Shown in pieces: positions 38,121 to 51,629 of a stretch of 64,000 nt of DNA. The position numbers were made by a program, and so were the translations under genes. The stretch comes from Octopus sinensis (Eukaryota): assembly GCF_006345805.1 (NCBI RefSeq), contig NC_042997.1, positions 171,740,001 to 171,804,000 of the forward strand. Direction: 5' to 3'. Below the pieces are notes generated by a model that was not told the DNA's origin, did not search any database, and worked only from the letters and a program-made list of their open reading frames with translations. The number at the start of each line of letters is the position of its first letter. Position 1 is the stretch's first letter.

Positions 38121-39386
38121 GTAGGTTGTCCGGAAAGTTCTGAGTGAATTTTAATATGCAAAAATGGATATAAATAATTGACCTTTCAATAAATTTTATT
38201 CAATGAAATGATTTCCATTTATTATTAATGACCTATGTCTATCTATCAGACAATTTAAATATTCCATCATCATAAAATTTGACTGGTTTTGAAAAAAAAT
38301 GTTATCTAGATACATTTTGACTACATCTGAATTGTTAACTTGTTTTTCCTTGCAATGAGTTCTGCAGAGACAGAAACAAGTGGCAGTCAGATGGTGCAAT
38401 ATCAGGAGAATATGGTGAATGGGGCAAGAGATCCCAGCCAAGTTCATGTAACTTAGTTCGGGTAGCCAAAGACACACGTGGTCGAGCATTGTCTTGTTGG
38501 AAAACTACCCCTTTCCTGTTGGCAATCTCTGGCCTCAAGTTCAAAGTAGCCAGATGACAACAGTAGACATCAGAATTAATGGTCTGATTTTGTGAGAGAA
38601 GCTCATAATAAATAATGCTTTAATGATCCCACTAAACACAAAGCATAGCCTCTTTTGACATGGATATTCATCTTTGACTGCTGTTTTGGGAGATCCTTAC
38701 GCAAACCCCAGGATCTTTTTAATGCTACATTTTTGTACACAATTCATTTTTCAACTCCAGTCACAAGTTATTTAAAAAAAGGCATGCTTTCATTCCATTT
38801 CAAAGCATATCACAAACGGAATACTGGTCCAAGTAATTCTTTTCTGTGATTTTGTGCGGGACCCATACATTATAGCAAGAAATATATCCTAGCTTCACTA
38901 GGTGTTCATAAGCCATACTTTTAGAAACTTCTCTGCAAGTTCTCTGATCATGATATTTGAGTTTTCTTCAATTTTTGCCTTCAAAACATCTTCAGCGAAT
39001 TTTCAAGGTCTTCCACTGTGACTGTCACCTTCTAAGCTAAACTCTTCAGCTTTAAATTTTGCAAACCATCTTCAAACAGCTGATTCACCAACAGCATCAT
39101 CACCATAAACTTCACAAATGATTTTTGCAAGTTTTTGTAGCATTTTCTCCTTTTAAAAAAAAGAAAAGCATTAAAATGCGAATATGAAATTTTTGATTAT
39201 CCATTTCAAATGTCAATAAAGGGTAACCAGAATGAAATATAAATCTATTTTTAATCAGGTACAAAGAAGAGATGCACTACCACTTCAAGCAACGCCAATG
39301 TTTTAACTGCATTATGTTTCAGGTGTGTTCTATGAAGCATTAAAAGATTTAGCTTAAAAATGCTCAGAACTTTCCAGACAACCTAA
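38121..39386 (-). mobile_element. near full-length decayed mariner (about 1.27 kb)
   Basis: TIRs gtaggttgtccggaaagttctgag / ctcagaactttccagacaacctaa. Minus strand MDNQKFHIRILML...WVPH...FQQDNARPRVS...HSPYSPDIAPSDCHLF (D,D34D type). Confidence 0.95.
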
Positions 39387-39399
39387 GATATATATATAA

Positions 39400-39912
39400 A
39401 ACAACATTCCAGCAAGGTCGTTGCCAGTGTCGCTGGACTGGCTCCTGTGCCGGTGGAATGTAAAAAACACACTATTTGAGCATGGCAGTTGCCAGTACCG
39501 CCTGACTGGTCCTCGTGCCGGTAGCACGTAAAAGCACCCATTACACTCTCGGGAGTGGTTGGCATTAGGAAGGGCATCCAGCCGTAGAAACTCTGCCAGA
39601 TCAAGATTGGAGCCTGGTGCAGCCATCTAGTTTGCCAGTTCGCAGTCCAACCCATGCTAGCATTGAAAGTGGACGTTAAACGATGATGATGATGACATAT
39701 ATATATATTCAGTATTTACACATTGAAAATATATCTTTCTATATGTTATATATATATATCATCATCATCGTCGTTTAACGTCCGTTCTCCATGCTAGCAT
39801 GGGTTGGACGGTTCGACCGGGGATCTGGGAAGCCAGAAGGCTGCACCAGGCTCCAGTCTTATCTGGCAGTGTTTCTACAGCTGGATGCCCTTCCTAACGC
39901 CAACCACTCCGT
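39400..39912. mobile_element. two repeat B copies tail-to-tail (39400-39695 +, 39757-39912 -)
   Basis: B consensus in both orientations. Confidence 0.88.
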
Positions 39913-40974
39913 ATTTATATGATATCTACCACATGAACTATGAGGAAAAATATATGAGAAAGATATAGCATATAATTTTTTCTGCAGGGGTTCCTTGAGG
40001 CATGTAATTTATTTCAAGAGTTACGCAAGGGTAAAAAGGTTGAGAAGACTGGGTTAGGTTATAATAGGAGAATAGAGATGGGTGTCTTACTTTAGAGCAA
40101 TGATTCCTGAACCTTTTTCAGACTGCTACCCACTTGGCACACAGGCCACATTTTTAATGCCACCCACCAACTCTCCACCACAAATGTAGACCACGTTCTG
40201 CAGCAAATTCAAAACAACTGCATTTCACAAATGAAAATTTACCTACATAACTCATTAGTTTCTTGTTATTTACATCCATTTCCCCCACATTTGGCCACCC
40301 TATATCACACCGTTTTTCTTCAATGCTTCCAGAGGAGCAATACTGTCCACTTTGGGAGCCACTACTATGGAAGAAATACTTGCTACTCCAGCAGGAAAAG
40401 ACAGGAGAGAAGAAGAAAGGATTGAGTTAGAAAGAAAGATGGGAAGATAACTTTTGCCTTCTATTATGGTATTGTGCTCATAACACATTTAGCTCATTAG
40501 TGCAAGGAGTTCTGAGGTATCAATGTTTTGACATGTTGTGTCTCATCAACCAGAAGCACCCAGACCTTGTGAGCCAAAACAAGCCATTAGCTTTGTTTAT
40601 TATTCCAGCAAACAAAACTGTTTTCTGATCAGTGCTTATATCAGCCAACCGATGAAAAGATTGTCATTTGCTGTGTGTACAGTGAGATCTGAAACAATAA
40701 TTTGCATACTTATTATTAATATATTCAGGCAGATTGCCTTCAAATCTGCTGGAGCATATCAATGATAAATATGCAAATCATCATTTATATGTACATACGT
40801 GTGTGTGTGTGTGTATTCTGATAAAATTTCTTTAAGTGAGAGATAAATATTACCTTTCCATATTAATACTACATTTCTTGCTATTAATAATTTTATATAC
40901 ACATATACATACATGGACGTTAAACGATGATGATGATGATATATATATATATATATATATATACCCCACATCCA

Positions 40975-41660
40975 CGCCTATATATACCATGGAGTATAGC
41001 CATTCATATACAAGCATCATACAATATACCTTTTACTTTGATAGAGGGAGTCCTTTTGTTGCCAATGGAAGTAATAGCTCTCTGAACTTCCTCCATCCTA
41101 TTCTTATTCTAGAAACAATACTTTCAGAGCATCCACCACCATTAATAATTTGGTCACCTAAGTAGCAGAAACCTTCTACAACCTCAAGAGAACTCCCTGG
41201 CATTTGAGAGAGTCTAAGTGCTTATTGTTTGTACACATCTGCCACACACAAAAGCGACCTTATCTATTAATCTACCAGTGATCCTCTGCATCTCCTATGC
41301 ACCCATAGCTTACACTGGGTGCAATGAATGGAATTACTTCCTACTCCCTTCTTACATATTGAGCACGGCCATTTACCTGACGGAAAGAGAGTCTTATCTG
41401 CTTTCTTAAAAACAACAACTTTAGTCTTAGCTAGGTTAACTTTACGGCCCTTGATTCCAGGTTTTGCTTCCATAACTGGAACTTCAATTCTGCTTCAGAT
41501 TCTGCAATAAGACCAAGGTCATCAGTATATAGCAGTTTCCTTGGGCATCCAGTTTTGAATTCTTCCGTTATACCCTGGAAAATAACGATGAATAAGAGTG
41601 GATTAAGAACTGATCCCTGGTGAGCCCCAATTTGTATGCTAAATTCATCACCGTATTATT
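40975..41660 (-). mobile_element. RTE-type LINE RT remnant with Cys-rich insert
   Basis: Minus strand GAHQGSVLNPLLFI...LLYTDDLG, VNLAKTKVVV...GKWPCSICKKGVGSNSIHCTQCKLWVHRRC, FCYLGDQ...RIRIGWRKFRELL. Confidence 0.9.
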
Positions 41661-41970
41661 TGGTCAAAAGTGAAAACAAACGCTAAGTTTTCTTAATTAT
41701 AATCTTATTTTATGCAAATGTAACCCATTGAATGTTTCTCCCTACAGTATCTCCCCCACCCAATTTCTTATATGTTTACATGATAATATGTAGCTTAGAA
41801 TAGTATGATTTCTTACATGTTTATATGATAGTATGTAGCATAGAATATACATGCATACATACATACATACATACATACATACATACATACATACATACAT
41901 ACATACATACATACATACATACATACATACATACATACATACATACATACATACATACATACATACATAC

Positions 41971-42225
41971 ATTATGGCTGCCCCCTCGTTATCGAGTATG
42001 GCCATTGCATGAAGCTTAACTATTACTGGTGCTGTGATCGAATGTGACTTTTTAGCCCAGCTAAAGATCTACAATGTCTTGTACAAAATTGGCAACTAAA
42101 ACCTTTACTGGTAATAGCCGGCTGTAGTTGTAACTGGGCTTCATGTACCTTTGCATGTCGTTTAAGTCCTCCTGCCGAATTACACTCTCTTCCACATGCC
42201 CGACAGATATGATTAGTATAGTGTG
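41971..42225 (-). mobile_element. RTE-like 3' end with two C2H2 fingers
   Basis: CRACGRECNSAGGLKRHAKVH and CQFCTRHCRSLAGLKSHIRSQH, then a short UTR ggccatactcgataacgagggggcagccat and (TATG)n. Confidence 0.7.
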
Positions 42226-42834
42226 TTACACACATACATACATACATATGTACATACATTCATACATACATACATATATATATATGTGTGTGTATGTATG
42301 TATGTATGTATGTATGTATGTATGTATGTATGTATGTATGTATATAACTACAATATTCAAACAGGCTTGGAGATTGGGTATTAAAAACCATAAGTAGTAA
42401 TTTCTACACAATCAGTTTTGAATAAAATGTTGTTCCACTCTACTTATCAATACTGGGTAGCTTACAGTTAATTATGAACAGCAGTCACTGTTTTTAGCCA
42501 TTTGCATATCAGTGTATTGACAAGAGATGCATATTTATTAACTAAAGTACCGAGACAGTGCATTTATGTATGAGTTTTGAATAAATCTGAATGTGTGTGT
42601 GTTTAACAAATAATAATATATTTAGCTTTACTGAGCAAACAGACACTCTGGCTAAACCACAAAGTTTGGAGAAGAGTAAACTGAAGAATGATAACTATAC
42701 ATGTAAATTAATGTACAACTTACCCTCAGAAACACTACCTTTAGGTCTCCGTGTAATGCGTCCCCTACTAAGGATGAGATCACATCACATAAGAACATTG
42801 CAACAAAATTTCTTCACTGTAAATAGTCCTGCTC

Positions 42835-43325
42835 TTTCCAGTGTTATTCCAGGACTTATTCTTTGTAAGCCTAGTACTTAATCTATCAAACTCCTTTGCC
42901 GAACCGTTCAGTTATGGTGATGTAAACACACCTACATCAGTTGTCAAGCAATGGTGTATATATATTCTTTTATTCTTTTTTATTCTATTACTTTTTTCAG
43001 TAATTTTACTGTGGCCACACTGCAGCACCGCCTTTAGTCGAACAAATCGACCCCAGGACTTATTCTTTGTAAGCCTAGTACTTATTCTATCAAACTCCTT
43101 TGCCAAACTGTTCAGTTATGGTGACATAAACAACCAACATCAGTTGTCAAGCAATGGTGAGGGTACAAATGCAGACACACACACACATGTATGTATATAC
43201 ATACAACGACTGGCTTCTATCAGTTTCCACCTACCAAATCCACTCATAAGGCTTTGGTTCACCTGAGGCTATAGTAGAAGACACCCAAGTTACCATGCAG
43301 TGGGACTGAACCCAGAACCATGTGG
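42835..43325 (-). mobile_element. SINE family A (decayed, duplicated 3' half)
   Basis: ccaggacttattctttgtaagcctagtactt...gtcaagcaatggtg occurs twice. Head at 43300-43325. Confidence 0.8.
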
Positions 43326-43676
43326 TTGTACATACATGTGCATATATGTATTTATGTATGTATATACATACATATATTTATCCATGTATACACACACATA
43401 TCTATATGTATGTAACCATAATTCTTGGCTCTAACCCATGCAGTCTAGGTTTAATTCCCAGTAAAAGAACCATTGCTGTATGTCCTAGCCTTAAAATAGG
43501 TCCACTGCATCTTTGTATGTTGTGAGAGGCAACTAAGCTGGGTGGTGACAGGAAGGGCAAATTACAATAAAACACCGCTCAAAAAATCTGTATAAATCAT
43601 ACCAACATAGAAAAATCAGAGATAAAATGATAGTGAGAATGATGATGAGGACCATATGTATGTGTGTGTGCATGTG

Positions 43677-43707
<31 letters not shown>

Positions 43708-44689
43708 ATCATCATCATCATCGTCTTATCATTTGGACATACACTTTTCCATTATTGCATGGGTCAAACAAGTGTTGTTATAACAGATTATTCTGTGGCT
43801 GGATGCTCTTCTTGGCATCAAATCTAACTTCTTTCCATGTGAGCTAATATTTCCATTTGTTCTTTGAGTGATAAAAAGCTTAATGGTTGGACATGCTTTC
43901 ACAGAAGTGTGAAAGCGAACAAAATGATTTTTTGTATGATGGTGAATTTGTTTACAATTAGCATGTGCATCTCATGACAAGAGAAACACATGCTTACTCA
44001 TGCACCCAAACAGACACACACACACACACACATACATACATACATGCAAACATACATACATACATACATACATACATACATACATACATACATACATACA
44101 TACAAAAATGAAAATCTACATAGAGCACTAAAGACAACAGTAGCAGTCATACCTCTGTTTGTACACTCAACTTCTACTATATATATTACCCAGGTAGTGT
44201 TTTTGTGGGTAAGTTGTACATAAGTTTACATGAATACTGATCATTCTTCAGTTTACTCATCTTCAAACTTTGTGTTTTAACCACAGTGTGTGTGTTTCCC
44301 CTGTAAAGCTAAATATTTAAATATATTATTATTTAAGTGTACATATACAGATTTATGCAAAATATTGTACTTTCAGCATCAAACATACTGCTATAGAGGA
44401 CCATTTAAAAATGATTTTCTTAATGTTTTCTTCTGCCATTATACCAACTCTTCCTACCTCCTAAGTCAAAAACTGGTTTATTTCTTGTTGCATATGAGAG
44501 AAACACCTTTTATTTACCAATGTAGTGTTTTTCAAACCAGATTGCAAATTATATCTTTGCCACATGGAATTTCGTTCTTACAATCACAGCTGAAATCAAC
44601 AACAACACCAACACTGATACCAACACAAGCAGTATTATCACTTTTAGACAATGTATTAGACAATGTAGCTGTGATACCAGTGTGTAGCT

Positions 44690-45083
44690 GTGATACTAGT
44701 GCTGGTGGCACGTAAGAGAACCATCCGAACGTGGCTGTTGCCAGTGCCGCCCCAACTGGCCTCTGTGCCGGTGGCATGTAAAAAGCATCATCCGATTATG
44801 GCCATTGCCAGCCTTGTCTGGCCCCCGTGCCGGTAGCATGTAAAAAGCACCATCCGATCATGGCCGTTTGCCAGCCTCATCTGGCACCTGTGCAGGTGGC
44901 ACGTAAAAAGCACCCACTACACTCACGGAGTGGTTGGCATTAGGAAGGGCATCCAGCTGTAGAAACACTGCCAGATTAGACTGGGCCTGGCGCAGCCTTC
45001 TGGCTTCCCAGACCCCAGTTGAACCGTCCAACCCATGCTAGCATGGAAAACGGATGTTAAACGATGATGATGATGATGATGAT
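44690..45083 (+). mobile_element. repeat B copy with 4 tandem ~50-bp modules
   Basis: Repeated ggcacgtaaaaagcaccatccga-type units followed by the B body and (GAT)n. Confidence 0.9.
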
Positions 45084-45784
45084 GTATTAGTCTTCTCACT
45101 TCACATGGTTTTGTACATTTAAATCAAGGTCTACTTTGGTGCTATGAAAAAGCCTAAGATGACCCTTCCATCAGCTATGTAAAGTGGCTAAAAAAAATAC
45201 TAAGATGCAGTTCAATCAAACTTAAACTATTTTAAGGCAAAACCACTCCAGTAACAGACATCATTCTCAGCAAAACAAAAAAAATTACTGTCACAGATAG
45301 TAATTGTTATTCCAATTCTTGTGATGCTAGTCTGTCTTCTCAAAACACTGAGTGCTGGCCAAAATCTGCCACAAAAGAGATCAAAAATAATGTGAACAAA
45401 TGCTCTGTCATCACTAAACTCTCATACATCTTCATATGTAACAGATTTGACAGAAACGACTGTGGAATATAATCAAATTAATAATATTTTGAAGCCAGAG
45501 TTTGTAAACAATTTTTTTCCAGATTTTGTAAGCTGTTGTTGAGCGACAAACCATTCTTAATGAGATTAAACAAAACGCCAAATGCTCTCATGTTATGAGT
45601 TATCAATGGTGTTGCTGGAGAGCACTTGGAATCATGTGTTATTAATTACTGGACAATTAATACCTTCCTATGCACAGCTGCTATTAATCTTAAAGGACAT
45701 CTAGGAGAAAGCTGCAGTTCATGTGTCAATGAAATTACTAGGTGGAAGCAACACTGATGGAAAACAAAACTTGGAGAAAACATG

Positions 45785-46195
45785 AGTGGCTGTGTGGTAA
45801 GTAGCTTGTTTACCAACCACATGGTTCCGGGTTCAGTCCCACTGCGTGGCACCTTGGGCAAGTGTCTTCTGCTATAACCTCGGGCCGACCAAAGCCTTGT
45901 GAGTGGATTTGGTAGACGGAAACTGAAAGAAGCCCGTCGTATATATGTATATATATATATATATATATATGCGTGTGTGTGTTTGTGTGTCTGTGATTGT
46001 CTCCCTAGCATTGCTTGACAACCGATGCTGGTGTGTTTATGTCTCCGTTTCTTAGCGGTTCGGCAAAAGAGATAGAATAAGTACTGGGCTTACAAAAGAA
46101 TAAGTCCCGGGGTCGAGTTGCTCGATTTAAGGTGGTGCTCCAGCATGGCCGCAGTCAAATGACTGAAACAAGTAAAAGAGTAAAAGAGTAAAGAG
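45785..46195 (+). mobile_element. SINE family A, near full length
   Basis: As for 6606-7010, with (taaaagag)n tail. Confidence 0.92.
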
Positions 46196-46324
46196 TTTGT
46201 GCTGCCACATTAGATGGTTAACTTTGATAAGAAAACCTGAGGGGAATAACGAGTTCAATTCTCACCAATTACATTTTATGCAAAAAGTAACAAAACTCTT
46301 TGCTAAAAGAGTAAAAGAGTAAAA

Positions 46325-46726
46325 GAGTAACTCTTCATATTAAGCTCTTGAAGGAAAGCTAATTACTTGAAAGTACAAACTCAGGATGCTGAACAAAAAG
46401 CTTTGTCATTGAAAAATATTCAAGCAAACCAGTATAAATTGCAAGTGTGATTCCAGTCCATTATACTGGGACAGGAGGAAGAAAAACATGATTATTTAGA
46501 AAACTCCTTCTCAGAGAGCACTTGAGTTATTTTTGTTTAAGATTTGGAATGAAAAGATGTTTCAGCCAGAATGCATCATGGTTAAATAGAGTTAGGAAAG
46601 AATACTGCAACAGCATTGACAATGAAATACATTCTTTCAACCTTGAAACTTTCCCTTTTGCTGTAAGCAAATTACAAAATGGAAAGGCACCTGGAAGAGA
46701 TCTGATAGTTTGGTACTTGGACAATA
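46325..46726 (+). mobile_element. R4/Dong-like RT N-terminal fragment, left direct repeat
   Basis: NASWLNRVRKEY...AVSKLQNGKAPGRDLIVWYL resembles the R4 'WKAPGxD' region. Duplicated at 47569-47970. Confidence 0.65.
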
Positions 46727-46891
46727 GGCGTAGGAGTGGCTGTGTGGTAAGTAGCTTGCTAACCAACCACATAGTTCTGGGTTCAGTCCCACTGTGTGGC
46801 ACCTTGGGCAAGTGTCTTCTGCTATAGCCCCGGGCTGACCAATGCCTTGTGAGTGGATTTGGTAGATGGAAACTGAAAGAAGCCTGTCGTA

Positions 46892-46936
<45 letters not shown>

Positions 46937-47321
46937 TAGATATAAGTGATGTACTTAAGTGTAGTTATGCTTTTAGCTTGTGCTTTTTCCATGATCACAC
47001 GTGAGTATTTTATTTATATCTCATTGAAAGCTCTACTGAAGAAAGAATATATCTTTTATAAGATTAATTCCGAAATTGATTCAATATAAAGATAACGAAA
47101 TTTAAATTTTCTAAAGGTTAGTTGCCCGTTTTCAGTTTCAATTTTCCTGTAACAAGTGGATTATAAGTGGATAAATCAGTGTATTGGCTTTAGAATAACC
47201 CTCTTTAGCCCTTAATTATATGATGTTTATACTTCAACCGTAACGGTTTTTTTAATATACTGCCACGCTTCCTGATGGATTCCTTTTCTGTAGAGAAAGG
47301 GACTTCATCCTATATTGTTTG

Positions 47322-47354
<33 letters not shown>

Positions 47355-47568
47355 TTGTGTGTCTGTGTTTGTCCCCCTAGCATTGCTTGGCAACCGATGC
47401 TGGTGTGTTTATGTCCCCATCACTTAGCGGTTCAGCAAAAGAGACCGATAGAATAAGTACTGGACTTACAAAGAATAAGTCCTGGGGTCGATTTGCTCAA
47501 CTAAAGGTGGTGCTCCAGCATGGCCGCAGTCAAATGACTGAAACAAGTAAAAGAGTAAAAGAGCAGAA
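46727..47568 (+). mobile_element. SINE family A with ~390-bp insert (46935-47320) in its internal (TA)n
   Basis: Full head ggcgtaggagtggctgtgtgg, (TA)n, foreign sequence, (TA)n, then the normal 3' half. Confidence 0.9.
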
Positions 47569-47970
47569 GAGTAACTCTTCATATTAAGCTCTTGAAGGAA
47601 AGCTAATTACTTGAAAGCACAAACTCAGGATGCTGAACAAAAAGCTTTAACATTGAAAAATATTCAAGCAAACCAGTATAAATTGCAAGTGTGATTCCAG
47701 TCCATTATACTGGGACAGGAGGAAGAAAAACATGATTATTTAGAAAACTCCTTCTCAGAGAGCACTTGAGTTATTTTTGTTTAAGATTTGGAATGAAAAG
47801 AAGTTTCAGCCAGAATGCATCATGGTTAAATAGAGTTAGGAAAGAATACTGCAACAGCATTGACAATGAAATACATTCATTCAACCTTGAAACTTTCACT
47901 TTTTCCATAAGCAAATTACAAAATGGAAAGGCACCTGGAAGAGATCTAATAGTTTGGTACTTGGACAATA
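47569..47970 (+). repeat. right direct repeat of 46325-46726
   Basis: 402 bp with about 10 substitutions. Confidence 0.95.
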
Positions 47971-48624
47971 TTTTATAGAATTTAAAAGATTTGAAGATTT
48001 TATGTCTGTATGAGATTATTATTTATTATTAGTCGTAAAGATTTTAGAGCTTCAGTTGTGCAAAGCCTACATTCTTTTTCCTTATTTGCTAAGCTGAGGA
48101 TGTGGCTAAAATACACCATAGCAGATTGAAATCAGTATTTTAGAGCTTAAATTCCATATATATTCTGCCAGCTGATATTACATTGTATAATTTTTGTCAG
48201 CAATATTTGTATGCATATTGTAGCAGCACTTAAAGGTGTTAGACGTCGAACTGATATAATAACTATTGTCAGTTTGTGTACTGACATTGCATTTGTAGAT
48301 TACACTATGTTTGAAGCACTTACTTACCTTCAAGGGGACATTGAGTGTTTGCTCTACATTTACAGTATGGTGAATTACTCACAGAATGTCCTAGAGTGCT
48401 TAGTAAACTTATATTTTTCCTTTTGATATTCAAGCTATATTCTTCTTCATCGGTTATGCTTTAAGTAATAATACCATTATATTTATTGTTAATGGTAGTG
48501 CTCATAGTATTGTTTTTATGACCGTTTCTATTATATTTTTGGTTATTGGAAATTTTAAATCCCTCAACATGGAAACATTTCATGTCTGTTCTTTAAGTTT
48601 TGAGTTTGTAGAAGTAATGTTTAT

Positions 48625-48840
48625 ATCATTTATCTCTTACTGCTATCAGTCATTTGATTGTGGTCATGCTGGAGCACCACTTTGAAGAGCTTTAGTCAAA
48701 CAAATCAACCCCAGTATTTATTCTATCAGTCTATTTTGCCAAACCACTAAGTTACAGGGATGTAAAGACAAAAACTCTGGTTGTCAAGCAGTGTGGAGGG
48801 GAAAATATTGGCACAAAGACATACACACGTACATATATAC

Positions 48841-48875
<35 letters not shown>

Positions 48876-49198
48876 TATCATCATCATCATCATCATCATT
48901 TTTTAACGTCCGCTTTCCATGCTAGCATGGGTTGGATGACTTGACTGAGGACTGGTGAACCAGTTGGCTGCACCAGGCTCCAATCTGATCTGGCAGAGTT
49001 TCTACAGCTGGATGCCCTTGCTAAGGCCAACCACTCCGAGAGTGTAGTGGGTGCTTTTACGTGCCACTGGCACGAGGGCCAGTCAGGCGGTACTGGCAAC
49101 AGCCACGCTGAAGTGGTGTTTCTTACATGTCACCTGCATAGGGGCCAGTCCAGCGGCACTGGCAATGACCTCACTCAAATGTTTTTCATGTGCCAGTA
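48625..49198 (-). mobile_element. SINE A 3' half (48625-48830) and repeat B (48878-49198)
   Basis: Consensus matches to other copies in the window. Confidence 0.8.
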
Positions 49199-49199
49199 A

Positions 49200-49985
49200 G
49201 GCGATGATATTAATATATATATTATATATATATATAATTCATAAATGAGGGCAAAGGAAAAGAATTCTAATGCCAAATATGCCGAAAAATTGGACATATT
49301 GTCCATTAACCATATAATTTTTTCACAATACGCACGCTACTCGAAAAAAGGTCGACAGAAATTTCTAAAAAATTCCATTATTACCATATCGGACCGATAT
49401 ATATCAAATGTGAGGATAAAATTCTTTTCGAAAAAAAAAATATTTTCTCGAAAAACACTTTATCAATGGCCAGCATATTAAAAAATACCTTTAACTTGTC
49501 TGACCATCATAGACCTCCCCTTTGAGAAACACTGATTTAACCTAAATTTGAGACACCTGCAAAAGAAGAAATAACAATAGACTTTTTTTCTATTCCAAAG
49601 AAAAACGATTTTATTCACACAAATATGTAGCCGAAGAGTTTAAAGTACCAGTAATGATAAGGCTGTTGACTGGGAGAACACAAACATGGTTTAAACAGTA
49701 AGGTTTGCAGGAAAGAAATGTGCCTTTAAGCAGTACAAAAACAACAAAAAATGAAAGGTGCAGTTATGTACAGGTTGACGGAAGAAAAGCAGGACAAAAA
49801 CGGCTTTATCGATTGCATTCTCACCTGGAATCGATTTTTGTCATTTTTTCAAGACTTATACATGCCCTGATACCGTCGGTATCTAAATATCAAATTTGAG
49901 TGCAGTTGGATGGAGGATGCCCAAGATCCTGGAAGACACATACACAGACAGACAGAACAGATTTTATAATTTATATATATATATA
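49200..49985 (-). mobile_element. possible Helitron-type non-autonomous element fragment
   Basis: Minus strand starts tatatatatataaa...tctgtctgtctgtg...caaattt, a layout typical of Helitron/Helentron 5' ends. No matching 3' end seen. Confidence 0.35.
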
Positions 49986-50081
49986 TACATATACTTTATT
50001 TTAAATAAAGCATATTACTCTACCTCTGGTATTTGAGTACTCTTTTTTCCACCTTGTTTCACATTTATGTGTTTACTCTGG

Positions 50082-50143
<62 letters not shown>

Positions 50144-50869
50144 GTGAGTGATAGATAAAGAGACAGACATATATGCATGTATAATACATATTACACACCG
50201 TTCTGAGGAAGCAAACTCACATTGATAATGCATTAAAAACATCTCTCAGCCATGACAAAACAAAATATTCCACAATCATAAAACACCGAAAAGAAAGAAA
50301 AAAAACACACTAAAATACATTTGAAAAAAAAAAATTTCCCACAGCAAGAACACGAACTTCTAATCTGTTTTCGTATACCCACCCCACAAAAAACATGAAG
50401 AAGGAAAAAAAATATATTTGAAATACACTCCACAAAGAACCACACACCATTATAAGAAAGCAAACTTGTATTGTGCGGCTTTGAAAACACCACTTAACTA
50501 TTACAAAACAAAATATTCTAGAGCAATAAAGTACAGTAAAATATTCAGTTGTTTGCAAAACAATACTTCACACCGTTACACAAGTCTCTCTCGCTTTTTG
50601 TATATTTTCTGTTTCTTTCCTCCTTAAGTGACTGATACAAAAGCGGAATATTAGATATTTGACAGACAGATAGATTTGAGATCTTATTTTATTGCTTGGA
50701 AAAAAAATTCTTTCAAAGAAGTGAGAAGTGAAAAGAGTGTACACTTGTTGTAGTGTAGTCATCATTTTATCAAAATTATACAAACACGTGCACGCAACAA
50801 ACACACACACACATGCACAAACACACACATATACACGCACAAATATATATATATATTTACAGGTTTGGT

Positions 50870-51220
50870 AGCCTTCAACTAACACTATCTTCTCTGAGAC
50901 CCTGCGGTGCAAGTTGACCAAAATTGAGAGTATGATAGAAGAAGGCTTGCCCTTCCTTCCGTAGAAGAAAAAATTCAAATCGGACCATGTTAACACCAAA
51001 AATTATTTACATCAAAAAGGTGCTTTTTTTTCTATGAAAATCCCTATTTTTTACGATTTTTTACTGCTGTGTCGCCATTTTTCGGTGTATTTCAACCAGA
51101 AAAATGTTCACTTAAAGAGAATAAGAAGCTACATGATGCAAAATCTTTACTTTTCAAAAATTCCAATTCTAAAGGATCAAAAAGAAAACAAGCCCGAGCA
51201 ACGCTGGGCTATACTGCTAG
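50870..51220 (+). mobile_element. Helitron-like 3' terminus
   Basis: GC hairpin gccc-g-agc-aac-gct-gggc (51192-51209), then CTAG (51217-51220) followed by T. 5' boundary uncertain. Confidence 0.6.
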
Positions 51221-51629
51221 TATATATATATATGTATGTCTGTGTGTCTTTGTATCTGTGTTTATCCTTCACCACCACTTGACAACTGGTGTTGCTATGT
51301 TTACGTCCCCATAACTTAACAATTCAGCAGAAAGGACAGATCAAATAAGTATCAGGCTTAACAAAGACATTATTTACTGAAGTCGATTCATTCGACTAAA
51401 ACTTCTTCAAGGAGATGCCCCAGCATTGCCATGGTCTAAAAGTAAGAAATAAAAAAGAAAAGATAAAAGAATATTTGTGTCATATGTCTCACCAAGGGGA
51501 GGTGTTACCTAACTTCTAAATAAGTATGGATTAATGATGAGTAGGGCATCCAGCCATAGAAAATTTGCCTCAAAAAACTGCTTCCAACCCATGCAAGCAT
51601 GAAAAAGTGAACGCTAAAATGATGATTTT

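Noticed and set aside
39975-40110. hAT/Charlie-like terminal words (aaaggttgagaagactg; also 44521, 49525)
   Set aside because: No paired TIRs or TSDs could be matched.
42720-42770. Minus-strand micro-exon candidate VGDALHGDLKVVFLR|gtaagt
   Set aside because: Too short, and no recognisable homology or phase-compatible neighbours.
44690-44920. CRISPR-like repeat-spacer pattern in B modules
   Set aside because: The units are degenerate tandem copies without unique spacers, in eukaryotic retroelement context.
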